DNA of 64,000 nt from Klebsiella pneumoniae. GTDB taxonomy: Bacteria > Verrucomicrobiota > Verrucomicrobiia > Limisphaerales > SXTU01. The stretch lies in NCBI GenBank assembly GCA_943330855.2, contig CALQJI020000013.1:7237-71236 (forward strand). The letters are read 5' to 3'. Shown piece after piece: positions 37,728 to 47,912 of this stretch (its first letter is position 1; each line of letters opens with the position of its first letter). Made by a program: the position numbers and the translations under genes. The notes beneath the pieces were generated by a model, which saw only the letters and a list, made by a program, of their open reading frames with translations, ran no database searches and was not told where the DNA came from.

Positions 37728-40011
37728 AAGTCTTGCCCAGTGACTTGAGCATTTCCTGAATCGCCCGCTGATAGGCCACGCGCGCGCCGAGCTTGTCGCC
37801 GCGCGCCTGGAGGATGTCGCCCAGGAAACCCCACGCCCGGCCCGCGTCCTCCGGCTGCGACGCGACGAACGCGCGCTGGTAAATCGCCGCCCGCTTGAAG
37901 TCCCGCGTGCCGGCCAGCAACTGCGCGGCCATCGAGTGCGTGGTCGGTGTGCCCGGGTCGAGGTAACGCTGGAGCACCGCGAACGCGTCGCGCGGGCGGT
38001 CTGCGCGGATGAGCAAGCGCGCGTAGGCCAGGCCGTGGGAGGCGCGCGTCGGGTCTTGGCGGTGGAGCTTCTCGTAGAGCGTCATCGCGGCCTGCCAGTT
38101 GCCGTTCGCCTCATACACGCTCGCGACGGTGGCGATGAGCCCGAGCTTCTCGACCAGCTCGGGCGTCAGCTCGTCGGTGACGAAGCGCTCCGCGTCGGCC
38201 AGGCGCTTCGCTTGCAGCAGCAGGCTAACGTAGAACTTGGTCAACTCGTCTTCGGTCAACAACTCCGGGTGCGCACGGAGCACATCGGCGGCCGCGCTGA
38301 ACTCCCCGGCGTCCGAGAGCGAATAGACGAGTTGGCGGCGCATCGTCAGGTCTTTCGGGAAACGCTCCACGGCGCGCTGCAAAGTCGCCCGCAACTTGGC
38401 CGGCTGACCGGCAAGGTCTTGGAAGTAGGCGAGCCGCTGATAGTCCCGCGCGACCGCTTCGGACTGCCGGCCAATCCAGAATTCCAGTCCGTCCGCCGCC
38501 GCGCCGAGTTCGCCCATGCTCTCCGCGAGCGTGAGGAAGCCCTCCACCGTGGCCTTGTCCGGCGCGCGCCGCACGAGCTGCTGGTAGAGCGCGAACGACT
38601 TCGGATAGTCGCCGAGGCGGAAGTGGCACTCCGCCAACTCGGCCAGCGTGGCGACATCGTTGGTCTGCCGCTGCTGGAGCCGTTGGAGCACTGGCAGCGC
38701 GCGTTCGTAGTGCGCCAGGTCCATGAGCAGGCGCGCGTATTCCGCCAGCAGCGGGAGGCTCACGTTCGGGTCGCGCGTGAGGCTGAGGTAGTAGGACTCC
38801 GCCTGCTCGAAGTTGCCAATCGTCGCCTCCAGCCGCGCGAGGAAGGGTGCGTGCTTTTTGCGGTCGAGCAAGTTGCCCGCGTCCGCGAGCGCCTTCGCGA
38901 GGTCAGCGTCGCGATAGAGGCCGGGGGCCAGCGCGATGAGGCGCTCGATGGCGGCGGGCTCGCGCAGCCGAAGGGCGATGAGGTAGTGGTCGAAGGCGTC
39001 GTTCGGCAGCGCGGTCCACTCGTAGAACTGCGCGAGCCGCTGGTGGTTCGCCGCGCTGTTCGGCTCCAGCGCGACGATTTGCCGGAACGCGGCGATGGCC
39101 GACTTCTGGTCGCCGCTCGCGAGCGACAACTCGGCAATCATCTGCCAGAGCGAGAGGTTCTCCGGCTGGGCCTCGGCGCGCTTGCGAATCTCCGGCAGCA
39201 GCTCGCGGATGCGGTCGGACTCGCGCGCGGTCGTCATCAGCAGGCTGAACAACCGGTCGCGGTCCGCCGGCTCGACCACGGTCATCAACTCGCGAATTGC
39301 CTCATACGCCAAGCCCGGCTGGCCGGTCTCGCGCAACAGCGTGATGCGCTCCCAAGCGAGGCGCGGCGACACGCGCACGAGCGGGCGGCCCGTGCGGCGC
39401 GCGAATTCATCCACGGCGCGCAGGCCCAGCGCGGGTTGCCCCGCCGACCGCGTGAGCGAAACGAGCCGGAGCGTGGTGGCGTCGTCCGGGTTGGCCTGCC
39501 AGTGCGGCGCGTAAATCTGCATGGCCAGCACGGGCTTGGCGGCGGCGAGCGCGCGCTTCACCAGTTCCTCGTAAAGCGTCACGCGGACTGCGGCGACCAG
39601 CTTCGGCAGCACGGGGCGGAGAAGTTCCCAGACCGCCTCCACGTCCCGGGACTGGTCGAACAGCGCGGTGATTTCCTGGAGGAACGCTCCCTCGAAGTTG
39701 AACGGCGCGGCAATCTCGCACGCGCGGGCGAGGAGCTTACCGAGGGCGACCGGGTCGTCGGAGGCGAGGAGGCGGCGCTCCAACTGGATTTCCAGCAGTG
39801 CGTAGCGGCGCGGCTCTTTGGCGCGTTCCTTCGGCGGCAGCTCCTGAAGTGTCTTGAGTGCGCTGCCCCACTTCTTGTCCACCATCTGGCGCTCCAGCAA
39901 GCCGCGCTCCGTCGGGATGAGCCAGAGCGCGACGATGGCGCAGACCACCGGCACCGCGAGCAGGAGCTTCGGCGAGAAGACGGACGAGGAGGGTTTGACG
40001 GGGCGGGTCAT
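37723..40011 (-). CDS. membrane-anchored TPR-repeat protein (PelB N-terminal-like scaffold)
   Basis: N-terminal helix LLLAVPVVCAIVALWLI, then ~700 aa of TPR-like helical repeats (..AIAAFRQIVALEPNSAANHQRLAQFYE.., ..ALYQQLVRRAPDKATVEG..). Confidence 0.8.
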   Translation of the reverse strand: MTRPVKPSSSVFSPKLLLAVPVVCAIVALWLIPTERGLLERQMVDKKWGSALKTLQELPPKERAKEPRRYALLEIQLERRLLASDDPVALGKLLARACEIAAPFNFEGAFLQEITALFDQSRDVEAVWELLRPVLPKLVAAVRVTLYEELVKRALAAAKPVLAMQIYAPHWQANPDDATTLRLVSLTRSAGQPALGLRAVDEFARRTGRPLVRVSPRLAWERITLLRETGQPGLAYEAIRELMTVVEPADRDRLFSLLMTTARESDRIRELLPEIRKRAEAQPENLSLWQMIAELSLASGDQKSAIAAFRQIVALEPNSAANHQRLAQFYEWTALPNDAFDHYLIALRLREPAAIERLIALAPGLYRDADLAKALADAGNLLDRKKHAPFLARLEATIGNFEQAESYYLSLTRDPNVSLPLLAEYARLLMDLAHYERALPVLQRLQQRQTNDVATLAELAECHFRLGDYPKSFALYQQLVRRAPDKATVEGFLTLAESMGELGAAADGLEFWIGRQSEAVARDYQRLAYFQDLAGQPAKLRATLQRAVERFPKDLTMRRQLVYSLSDAGEFSAAADVLRAHPELLTEDELTKFYVSLLLQAKRLADAERFVTDELTPELVEKLGLIATVASVYEANGNWQAAMTLYEKLHRQDPTRASHGLAYARLLIRADRPRDAFAVLQRYLDPGTPTTHSMAAQLLAGTRDFKRAAIYQRAFVASQPEDAGRAWGFLGDILQARGDKLGARVAYQRAIQEMLKSLGKTS

Positions 40012-40083
40012 TAGGTGCCGGACGGGGGAATTTTATAAGGAGGGTAGGAGGGCAGGAGGAGAAACAAAGGGCCGACGCGAATC

Positions 40084-40210
40084 TTCTCCCTCTCCCTTCA
40101 TCGGATGAGGGGAGCGGGCCGGGGGGAAGAGTTGCGGGCGTCGGCGTTGGCGGCCCCACCCCTCATCCGGCCTGCGGCCTCCTTCTCCCCTCCTCCGAGG
40201 AAGGGAGAAG
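40084..40210. repeat. family F GC-rich hairpin repeats ('SPSP..GEG' type)
   Basis: TTCTCCCTCTCCCTTCATCGGATGAGGGGAGCGGG and CCACCCCTCATCCGG..CTTCTCCCCTCCTCCGAGGAAGGGAGAAGG. A related hairpin CTCCCTCTCCCAGCGGGAGAGGG lies at ~57994-58036. Confidence 0.6.
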
Positions 40211-40286
40211 GCGCGCGCCGTTGCGTCCAGTTGGCAGCCCACCCAATTGCATCGGGAACTGCTCTTACTCTTCATCACGCTCCGCT

Positions 40287-43200
40287 TCACAGCCGCACCT
40301 CCACCTTCGCCTCACTGGGCACCTCCAGCTTCAGCACCCCACTCGCATCCGTCGGCCCGGTGAACTCCTTGCCATTGATGGTGACGCTCGCCGGCGCGCG
40401 CGCGGGCAGGCCGGCGAGCGTGACCTGGCAGGGCCGCACGTCGCGCACGGTGAAGGCGGTCGCGCGCGGCGTGAACTGGGAGAACTGGATTTCCGCCGAG
40501 CTGGCTTCGAGGCGCAGGTGCGCGGCGGGGCGTTCGCTCAAGACCAGTTCCACACGCGGTGAGCCATCCGTGTGGAAATACAGCGCGTCACCCTCCACGC
40601 GCCAACCGGTGACGCCCCGGCTCGCAGCGAGGTCGGGCACGAGCGCGGACTTCGGCAGGCGGTAGGTGCGGAGCGAGCCGTTGTTCACCAGCGTCCAGCG
40701 CGTGTCCGACTGGCGAAAGACGCGCGTGGCGCGGGCGTCGCGCACGAGGCGGGCGTAGTCGGCGGCGGTCACGGCGTGCAACTCCTGACGCACGGCCCAC
40801 TCGAAGAGGCGCGTGAGGGCGTTGAGCGAGGCGAGGTTGTCGCCGCTGTAGAAGTGGAAGTAGATGTTCACCGGCTTGAGGCGACGCGGGCGCTCCATGC
40901 GCTCGAAACCATCCTGTGCCAACACGAAGCCACCGAAGAACGGCGACGCTGCGGTGTCGCCGCTGATGGCCCAGCGCTCGCGGTAAATGTTCTCGTTCTC
41001 GTTCGCGGCGGTGACTTGCAGCTCGCCTTCCCACGGCAGCGCGCGGGCGGAGACACGCGTGACGGACGGGCGTTTGCGGCTCATCGCGGTCTCGCCGCCG
41101 TTCATGTTTTCGATACCCAGCTCGCGCACGATGCGCAGCGCCTCCGGCCACGGGCGGCAGTTGCCGGACCAGAGAAATATTTTCACCGGCTTGCCCGGCG
41201 GACACAGCTCGCGCTCGATGAAACGGACGGAGCCTTCAATCTCGCGGCGCACGTCCACGCCGGTGTGGTTCAGCGGCTCGGCCAGCAGCAGGTTGGCGCG
41301 CTTGTAGTCGCGCACCGTGCGGTCGCCGGGGTTCCAGTAGAACGGTTGAGTGTAGGCGTGCGACGCGGCCTCGACCTTCGGCAGCGCGAGCACCGCGCGG
41401 GCCTGGCGGGTGAGCAACTCGGCATCGCCGGGCGGCTGGCCCACGACCAGACCGCGAATCTCCGCCTCGATGAACGACACGGTGAAGGGGAAGGGATATT
41501 TCTTGATGATGCGCTCGGTGATGAGTTCGCCGGAGCGCCGGCCCGACTCCACGCTGGAGTTGTGGCGAAAGCCGTCGCCGTCAATGTGCGCGAAGAACAG
41601 CCGCATCCCATCGCGCGTGGTGGTGTCCGGCACGGGCAGGACGGCGCGGCCCAACGCGGCGTGGAAGAAGTAAAACGGGTCCACCAGCCACAGTTCATCG
41701 AGGTCGGGCCGACGGAACAGCGCGTAAGGGTCCAGCAGCATCCCGCCCCACGGCGCGATGAAGAGCGGGTCGAACTGCGTGCCGTCCGCCGCCGCGATGG
41801 ACAGCAGAACTTCGCTGCCGGCGGGCGCGCGGAGGTCGCGGAAGCCGAGGGGCGTGAGGTTTAGCGGGGCCTCGAAACTAAGCTGCTTCGCCACGGTCAG
41901 CGCGCGGAGGCCGGTCGGGTTCTTGGGATTGCGGCCCGTGCCGGCGCAACCGAAGGCCTTGAGCACGCGCTCGGCGACGGCGTGGTCCTCGAACGGCAAC
42001 TCGCCGAAGAAGATGACTTTGCGCCCGCGCTGCTGCTGCGCGATGAGCCAGTCCGCCACGGCGGCCTCGCGCGTCAGCGGGATTTTCAGGAAGCGGTCGA
42101 GGATGATGGCGGTGAACTTCGGGTCCAGCTCGGCGGGCAAGGCGTGCGTGTGGACGTTGAGGTAATCCACCTCGTAGCCGAGCCACTCCAGCGCCATCTG
42201 CGCGACCGACGCGGTGCCGCTGTCAATCGGCCAGCGCACGAGGTCTTCGACGTCGGCCTCGCGGTTGCCGAAGAGCGTGAGCACCCAGCGCGGGACTTCG
42301 CCGGTGGGCATCGGCGCGGCGGGCGTGGTGACGCGCGGCGCCTCGGCAGAGGACGGGGCCAAGGCCGTCGGCGGCAACGCAGGCGGCAGCGCGGGCACGG
42401 TCTTGGGCGGCGGGAGGTTGTAACTGGTGACGCTGCTGGGCGGCGCGACGGGGACGGAAACGGTCGGCTTGGGCGGCGAAGGCGGAACCGGTGCCCCGCG
42501 CCCCGCTGGCTTGGGCGCAAGGAATTTCCCATCCAACTCCACCGTGCTGATGAACGGCACAAACCCCTCCGCCGCGATGCGCCGGGCCGTGGCTTCCGCG
42601 AGCGGCGCGTCGGAAGGGTTCACATAGTCCACCACATAAACCGGCAGGCCGGATTGCTTGATGGTGCGGAGGATTTTCAGCAGCCACTCCGTGCCCGACG
42701 GTTCTTCGGGCACGTAGCGCTTCCCGGTGAAGTCGTATTTCTGAAACACCGACTCGGCCAGGACGCCGTCCACGCTGCCGGTCAGGCGCGCGAGGATCGG
42801 GAAGCCGCGGTTGAGGATGACCTTGTGCTGCGGGAACTTCACCTTGAGCTGCTTGATGAGCGACACGAGGCCGTCGCGGAAGGCCGCGCCGCGCAGGGGG
42901 AATTGCTTTTCCAGCAGCTCGACGCTGTCCGCCGTGTCGAGGAAGAAGCCGCTGAAACCCTGCTGCGCCGCGCGAGCCGCGAGGGTGTTCACCACGAAGT
43001 CCGCCCACGCCGGCTGCGAGACATCCGCGAAGTCACCGAGCCAGACATCGTTCTTCCCGAGCAGCGGAATCTTCCGCGCCGCGACCTCCGCGCGATACGC
43101 CGCGTCCTTCGCCACCTCCACAACGCTGAGGTAGGCGAAGGGCGCGTGGCCGGCGCGCTTGAGTTCCGCGATGTCCACGCGCGCGGCGGGGCTGAGGATG

Positions 43201-43364
43201 GAAAAGTCGTAGCCTTGCAGCGCGGCGGCGTCTGGCGTGGCGGAGTAATTGATGCAGAAGCTCGCCGCCCGGACGGACAGAGCCGAAAGGAGCAGGGCAA
43301 AAGCAAACCAGCCCCCAGCGGAAAAACTGGTGGGCCGACGCGACCGCTGGCAGGGCGAGCTCAT
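40287..43364 (-). CDS. PelA-like bifunctional GH114 glycoside hydrolase / polysaccharide deacetylase
   Basis: Signal/anchor GGWFAFALLLSALSVRAAS. An N-terminal GH114-like TIM barrel (..FAYLSVVEV..GFFLDTADS..VILNRGF..), a Pro-rich linker, a central alpha/beta domain, and a deacetylase-like region (FFAHIDGDGFRH, ASHAYTQPFYW, FLWSGNCRPW) followed by a beta-rich C-terminus. Start chosen at MSSPCQ (43364). Confidence 0.8.
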   Translation of the reverse strand: MSSPCQRSRRPTSFSAGGWFAFALLLSALSVRAASFCINYSATPDAAALQGYDFSILSPAARVDIAELKRAGHAPFAYLSVVEVAKDAAYRAEVAARKIPLLGKNDVWLGDFADVSQPAWADFVVNTLAARAAQQGFSGFFLDTADSVELLEKQFPLRGAAFRDGLVSLIKQLKVKFPQHKVILNRGFPILARLTGSVDGVLAESVFQKYDFTGKRYVPEEPSGTEWLLKILRTIKQSGLPVYVVDYVNPSDAPLAEATARRIAAEGFVPFISTVELDGKFLAPKPAGRGAPVPPSPPKPTVSVPVAPPSSVTSYNLPPPKTVPALPPALPPTALAPSSAEAPRVTTPAAPMPTGEVPRWVLTLFGNREADVEDLVRWPIDSGTASVAQMALEWLGYEVDYLNVHTHALPAELDPKFTAIILDRFLKIPLTREAAVADWLIAQQQRGRKVIFFGELPFEDHAVAERVLKAFGCAGTGRNPKNPTGLRALTVAKQLSFEAPLNLTPLGFRDLRAPAGSEVLLSIAAADGTQFDPLFIAPWGGMLLDPYALFRRPDLDELWLVDPFYFFHAALGRAVLPVPDTTTRDGMRLFFAHIDGDGFRHNSSVESGRRSGELITERIIKKYPFPFTVSFIEAEIRGLVVGQPPGDAELLTRQARAVLALPKVEAASHAYTQPFYWNPGDRTVRDYKRANLLLAEPLNHTGVDVRREIEGSVRFIERELCPPGKPVKIFLWSGNCRPWPEALRIVRELGIENMNGGETAMSRKRPSVTRVSARALPWEGELQVTAANENENIYRERWAISGDTAASPFFGGFVLAQDGFERMERPRRLKPVNIYFHFYSGDNLASLNALTRLFEWAVRQELHAVTAADYARLVRDARATRVFRQSDTRWTLVNNGSLRTYRLPKSALVPDLAASRGVTGWRVEGDALYFHTDGSPRVELVLSERPAAHLRLEASSAEIQFSQFTPRATAFTVRDVRPCQVTLAGLPARAPASVTINGKEFTGPTDASGVLKLEVPSEAKVEVRL

Positions 43365-43533
43365 TCCGATACCAAGTGCGCGGAGGATAAAAGGCCGGTG
43401 CTTGAAGTAAAGCCGTGAGCCTGCGGGCGCATGCAGGCGCAGCTCAGTTTCTGGCAGGGCAGGTGAATCCGCTGTGGATTCGCTGCCGACAAGACGCGGC
43501 GCGGCTGGAATGCCCCCCCCCATCTGATGCCAA

Positions 43534-44385
43534 TCAGCCCCGCCGCTGGCACTCTTCCACGTAGTTGCGGAAGGCTTGCTGCAACTTACGCGTGAGTGGG
43601 CCGGGTTGGCCGTCGCCGAGTTTGCGGTCGTTGATTTGCACGACGGGCATCACCTCGTTGGTCGTGCCGAAGAGCATGGCTTCGGCGGCACATTTCAAGT
43701 CCGCCTCGGCGACCGGGAATTCCTTCACAGGAATGCCCAGCGCGGAGCACAGGCCCAGCGCGACGAGGCGCGTGATGCCGGGCAGGATGTAGTTGCTGCG
43801 CGGCGCGGTGTGGAGCACGCCGTCGAGGACGACCGCGAAGTTCGAGAGCGAGCCTTCCAGCGCGTAACCATCGCGAACGAGCACGGCCTCATGTGCGCCG
43901 ACCTCCTGCGCCTGCTGGTTGGCCAGGACGTTGGGCAGCAGCGAGACGGACTTGATGTCGCAGCGCGCCCAGCGCTGGTCGGGCAGGGTGATGACTTTCA
44001 CGCCGGAAATCCACTTGTCGACTGGGTTGGCGAACGGCGCGACGTAGGCGTAAACGGTCGGCGTGGCGTCGGCGGGGAAGGCGTGTTTGCGCGGTGCGGC
44101 TCCCCGCGAAACTTGCAGGTAAACGATGGCCTCGGCGTCGGCGAGGTTGTTGCGCTTCAGCAGTTCGCTGGCGATGGCGGCGAAGTCGGTGTTAGCCGGA
44201 GACGCGATGCGCAGTGCCTTCAGGCTGTAATCGAAGCGGTCCCAGTGTTCGCGCGCGCGGAAGAGGTGGCCGCGATAGGCGCGGAGGACTTCATAAGCAC
44301 CGTCGGCGAAGAGAAACGCACGGTCGTCGGGCGAGATGCGGGCCTGGTCCTTCGGGAGGAACTCGCCGTTGAGATAGACAGTCAT
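43534..44385 (-). CDS. class IV aminotransferase (D-amino-acid / branched-chain type)
   Basis: MTVYLNGEFLPKDQARISPDDRAFLFADGAYEVLR.. and ..EGSLSNFAVV.., the typical fold-type IV layout. Confidence 0.85.
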   Translation of the reverse strand: MTVYLNGEFLPKDQARISPDDRAFLFADGAYEVLRAYRGHLFRAREHWDRFDYSLKALRIASPANTDFAAIASELLKRNNLADAEAIVYLQVSRGAAPRKHAFPADATPTVYAYVAPFANPVDKWISGVKVITLPDQRWARCDIKSVSLLPNVLANQQAQEVGAHEAVLVRDGYALEGSLSNFAVVLDGVLHTAPRSNYILPGITRLVALGLCSALGIPVKEFPVAEADLKCAAEAMLFGTTNEVMPVVQINDRKLGDGQPGPLTRKLQQAFRNYVEECQRRG

Positions 44386-44457
44386 GGCGGGTGGTTAAAG
44401 CGGGAAAGCGGGCGGAGGGCAACTGGAAAGATGGCGGAGGCCGCCTTCCCAACCAGA

Positions 44458-44611
44458 ATTCTTAGCCACGGATGGAACACGGAATAAACACGGATGAAAG
44501 AAAATGCGGGCATGGTCGGAACCATGCAGTTGAAGGTGGCGTTCCAGCTCAAGGAGTTGACCCGCTTCGCGGCTCTCCGTGTTTCATCCGTGTTCCATGC
44601 GTGGCTAAAAA
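44458..44611. repeat. family A palindromic element
   Basis: ATTCTTAGCCACGGATGGAACACGGAATAAACACGGATGAAAG ... CTCCGTGTTTCATCCGTGTTCCATGCGTGGCTAAAAA. Confidence 0.85.
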
Positions 44612-44622
44612 TTGCACTTGGT

Positions 44623-45987
44623 TCAAACAAACCGGCTGGCCAGCAGCACAAGGGCAAGCCCGACGACGGAGACGATGGTCTCCAGCACGGTCCATGTCTT
44701 GAGCGTCTGCTCGACGGTGAGGTTGAAATACTCTTTCACGAACCAGAAGCCGCCGTCGTTGAGGTGCGAGAGAATGACGGAGCCGGCACCCATCGCGAGG
44801 ACGAGCAACTCCTTGTTCACCGGCGACGTCAGCGCAATCGGAGCCATGATGGCGCTGGCCAGCGTGATGGCCACAGTGGCGGAACCGACCGCGACGCGAA
44901 TGGCGGCGGCGACGAGCCAGCCCAGCAGCAGCGGCGAGAGTTGCATCCCCTTCGCGAGGTCGGAGATGGCGTCATCCACACCGCTCACATCCAGCACCTT
45001 GCCGAAGCCGCCGCCCGCCCCCACCACGAGGAAGATGGTGGCACACGGGCCGACGCAGTCGTCGGTGAACTTGAGGAGTTGGGTGCGGTCGAAGCCACAG
45101 TTCGCGCCGAACGACCACAGGGCGAAGAGCACGGCCAGGAGCATCGCCACGAGCGGCGATCCGATGAAGTCGGCGCACTCGCGGAGCGCGTCGCCCTTGG
45201 GCAACGTCACATCGGCAATCGTCGCGCCGAGCATGAGCAGCACGGGCAGCGTGATGGTGAAAAGCGTGATGCCGAAACCGGGCCGGCGGGTGCGAAGAGG
45301 GTTGGGCTGGGAGAGTTTTTCACCGATGCCCCCGAGGGGGACGGATATGCGAGGAGCGATGAACTTGGCGAAGATTGGCCCGGCGAGAGCGGCGCACGGC
45401 AAACCGATGGCGATGGCCCAGAGAATGGTTTTGCCCACGTCTGCGCCGACTTTCTCGATGGCGACCATCGGTCCCGGGTGTGGCGGCACGAGTCCGTGCG
45501 AGGTGGACAGCCCGGCGATGACGGGGATGCCGAGGTAGAGCAGCGGCAGCTTGGTCTCGCGCGCGAGGGTGAAGACGATGGGGATGAGTAGCACCACGCC
45601 GACGCCGAAGAAGACCGGCAGGCCGACGATGAAGGCCACGAACATGAGCGTCCAGTGGAGGCGTTTTTCCCCAAAGGCGGCGATGAACGTTTGCGCGATG
45701 ACCTCCGCGCCGCCGGACTCGGCGAGGAGTTTGCCCAACATGGTGCCAAGGCCAACGACGACGGCGATGAAACCGAGCGTGCCGCCGACGCCCTCCTGAA
45801 AGGCCTTCGCGATGTCGAGCAACCGCACGCCGGAGCAGAGGCCGACGCACAGCGAGGCGAGCACAAGGCCGATGAAGGCGTTCACCTTCCAGCGGGCGAC
45901 GAGGAAGATGAGCAGCGCCACCGCCGCCGCTGCGTAGAGGAGGAGTGAGGTTTGAGGGCTGAGGCCGGGCAGGGCATTCATGGGCAC
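44623..45987 (-). CDS. GntP-family (gluconate:H+) permease
   Basis: 454 aa, polytopic. N-terminal ..FIGLVLASLCVGL.. and ..GLSTSHGLVPPHPGP.. are typical of GntP transporters. Confidence 0.9.
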   Translation of the reverse strand: MPMNALPGLSPQTSLLLYAAAAVALLIFLVARWKVNAFIGLVLASLCVGLCSGVRLLDIAKAFQEGVGGTLGFIAVVVGLGTMLGKLLAESGGAEVIAQTFIAAFGEKRLHWTLMFVAFIVGLPVFFGVGVVLLIPIVFTLARETKLPLLYLGIPVIAGLSTSHGLVPPHPGPMVAIEKVGADVGKTILWAIAIGLPCAALAGPIFAKFIAPRISVPLGGIGEKLSQPNPLRTRRPGFGITLFTITLPVLLMLGATIADVTLPKGDALRECADFIGSPLVAMLLAVLFALWSFGANCGFDRTQLLKFTDDCVGPCATIFLVVGAGGGFGKVLDVSGVDDAISDLAKGMQLSPLLLGWLVAAAIRVAVGSATVAITLASAIMAPIALTSPVNKELLVLAMGAGSVILSHLNDGGFWFVKEYFNLTVEQTLKTWTVLETIVSVVGLALVLLASRFV

Positions 45988-46180
45988 GGATTAAATTTCG
46001 GGACGCGGCGAGTAGAGCGCGAAGGAGGCGCAGAGGCAAAGGAAGTTTCCCGCTGAGTTGGGCTGGGGTGCATCGAAGCGCCTCGGCGAGCTGGAAATGT
46101 CCCGACGTAGGCTGTGGTAAAAGTCTAGCTTGGCGGGCGGGCGGCGCGCGGCTAGTTTGGGCCGTGAGTTTCAGTAGCAC

Positions 46181-47656
46181 ATGAATGCCAACGGCATCCT
46201 GCAACAGCACTGGCTGCACGTAGCCATCCACTTCGCGGTGGACGCGATCATCTTCGCGGTGGCGTTCGTCATCGGCACGGACTTCGTCATCTCTGACGAC
46301 GATATGCAGATGCGGTTGGAGGCCTACCTGCCGGGCATCCTGATGGGTGCAGGCTTCTTCCCCTGCCTGATCTACATCTTCGGTCTCTACTCGCCGCAGA
46401 GTTACAAGCAGCGCGTCACCAAGCGCGCCGTCGTGCTGGCCGTCTGCCTCATAGGCACGATGTTGCTGGTGATTCCGCTCTTCTACTTCAAGAAGTCCTT
46501 CACCATCGGCCGCGGGGTCTTCGGCTACAGCGTCTTCATCGCCTACTTCGCGATCCTCTTCCACCACGGCCTCCTCCTGCGCTCGCTGCGGAATTACCGC
46601 GAGCGAGTGGCCTTCATCATGACCTGCACGTTTGATGAGCTGGAGGCGCGCTTTTTCCAGTCCCTCGGCACGGAGAACATGGAACTGGTCGGTCTGATCC
46701 ACTACGACAACTACCAGCCCATCGGCGAAATGCGCGTGCTGGGCAAGGTCAGTGACCTGCAAGACATCGTGCGGCGCGAAGGCATCCACCGCGTCCTCTG
46801 CACGAGCAAGAGCATCGGCGACCCCTCGATGTGCAAGGCCTTCTGCGAGCTGCGCTACTCGGGCGTGCAAGTCATGCCGCTGGTGAGCCTCTTCGAGGAA
46901 GTCCACCAACTCGTGCCGCTGGAACTCATCACGCCGGAATGGCTCCTCGCCGCGAGCGAGCAGCCGCATATGCTCTACATCAAGAAGCTCAAGCGCGCAT
47001 TCGACATCGTGGTGTCGCTGTTCGGACTGATCTTCCTCGGCCCCGTCATGCTGCTGGGCATTCTTGCCACCAAGCTGTCCTCGGTCGGCCCGGCTTTCTA
47101 CAAACAGATCCGCGCCGGACGCTTCGGCCGGCCTGTCAATGTCATCAAGCTCCGCTCCATGCGCACGGACGCGGAGAAGCACGGCGCGGTCTGGTCCAGC
47201 GTGGGCAAAGACCCGCGCTCCACCCCCGTCGGCCACTTCCTGCGCAAGTATCGCATTGATGAGATCCCCCAACTCATCAACGTGCTCAAGGGCGACATGT
47301 CCTTCGTCGGCCCGCGCCCGGAGCGCCCGGTGTTCATCGAGGAGTTGGCGCAGCAAATCCCCTATTTTCAAGAGCGGCTCATGGTGCAACCCGGCATCAC
47401 GGGCTGGGCACAGGTGAATTATCCCTACGGCTCGTCGGTGGAGGACGCGAAGTGGAAGCTCGAATACGACCTCTACTACATGAAGCACATGAGTCTCTTC
47501 CTGAACCTCTTCATCCTGCTGGACACCGTCCGCATCGTGCTCCGCGGTGGGATGAAAGGCGACGCGAAGGACCGGCTCCCGCGCTACGAGGCCATCTGGT
47601 TCTTCCGCGTCTTCGGTAACGAAGCGCCGAACACCCCGCGTCCACCGGAAACCTGA
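46181..47656 (+). CDS. exopolysaccharide polyprenyl-phosphate glycosyl-1-phosphate transferase (bacterial sugar transferase family)
   Basis: N-terminal TM helices plus the C-terminal catalytic domain: KRAFDIVVSLFGLIFLGP.., KLRSMRTDAE, DEIPQLINVLKGDMSFVGPRPERP, GITGWAQV. Confidence 0.9.
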   Translation: MNANGILQQHWLHVAIHFAVDAIIFAVAFVIGTDFVISDDDMQMRLEAYLPGILMGAGFFPCLIYIFGLYSPQSYKQRVTKRAVVLAVCLIGTMLLVIPLFYFKKSFTIGRGVFGYSVFIAYFAILFHHGLLLRSLRNYRERVAFIMTCTFDELEARFFQSLGTENMELVGLIHYDNYQPIGEMRVLGKVSDLQDIVRREGIHRVLCTSKSIGDPSMCKAFCELRYSGVQVMPLVSLFEEVHQLVPLELITPEWLLAASEQPHMLYIKKLKRAFDIVVSLFGLIFLGPVMLLGILATKLSSVGPAFYKQIRAGRFGRPVNVIKLRSMRTDAEKHGAVWSSVGKDPRSTPVGHFLRKYRIDEIPQLINVLKGDMSFVGPRPERPVFIEELAQQIPYFQERLMVQPGITGWAQVNYPYGSSVEDAKWKLEYDLYYMKHMSLFLNLFILLDTVRIVLRGGMKGDAKDRLPRYEAIWFFRVFGNEAPNTPRPPET

Positions 47657-47732
47657 GTGCGCTACGCACGCCCGGCGTCTTCCTTTTCACTCAGTGCTCG
47701 GCCCATCGGACAAGGGCAAGCTGTGGGTTTGT

Positions 47733-47894
47733 CCCGAATTCCGAAGTTGGCCGCAAAGAACGCAAGCAGGCACAAAATGAAGTGGGCTTCCCGCTTGGGG
47801 CTTGGAACAAATCCACCCTTCCACCGATTCGCCGCCATGCCTTCTCTTTGCGTCTCTTTGCGTTCTTTGCGGCTAATCCGTTTCGGAGTTCCGG
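47733..47894. repeat. family B palindromic element
   Basis: CCCGAATTCCGAAGTTGGCCGCAAAGAACGCAAGCAGGCACAAAA ... TCTCTTTGCGTCTCTTTGCGTTCTTTGCGGCTAATCCGTTTCGGAGTTCCGG. Confidence 0.8.
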
Positions 47895-47912
47895 TTTAGA
47901 TTATCAGGAGGA

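Noticed and set aside
37936-40014. 692-aa plus-strand ORF. The same reasoning covers 3000..4583, 10501..12093, 40572..41864, 41982..43418, 49133..50875 and 52717..54102.
   Set aside because: All are mirror-strand frames of genes with clear family motifs. Long open antisense frames are expected at this GC content.
45320-47488. 722-aa minus-strand ORF
   Set aside because: It is antisense to the sugar transferase and overlaps the gntP 5' region. It has low-complexity Arg/Ala/His composition and no domain signature.
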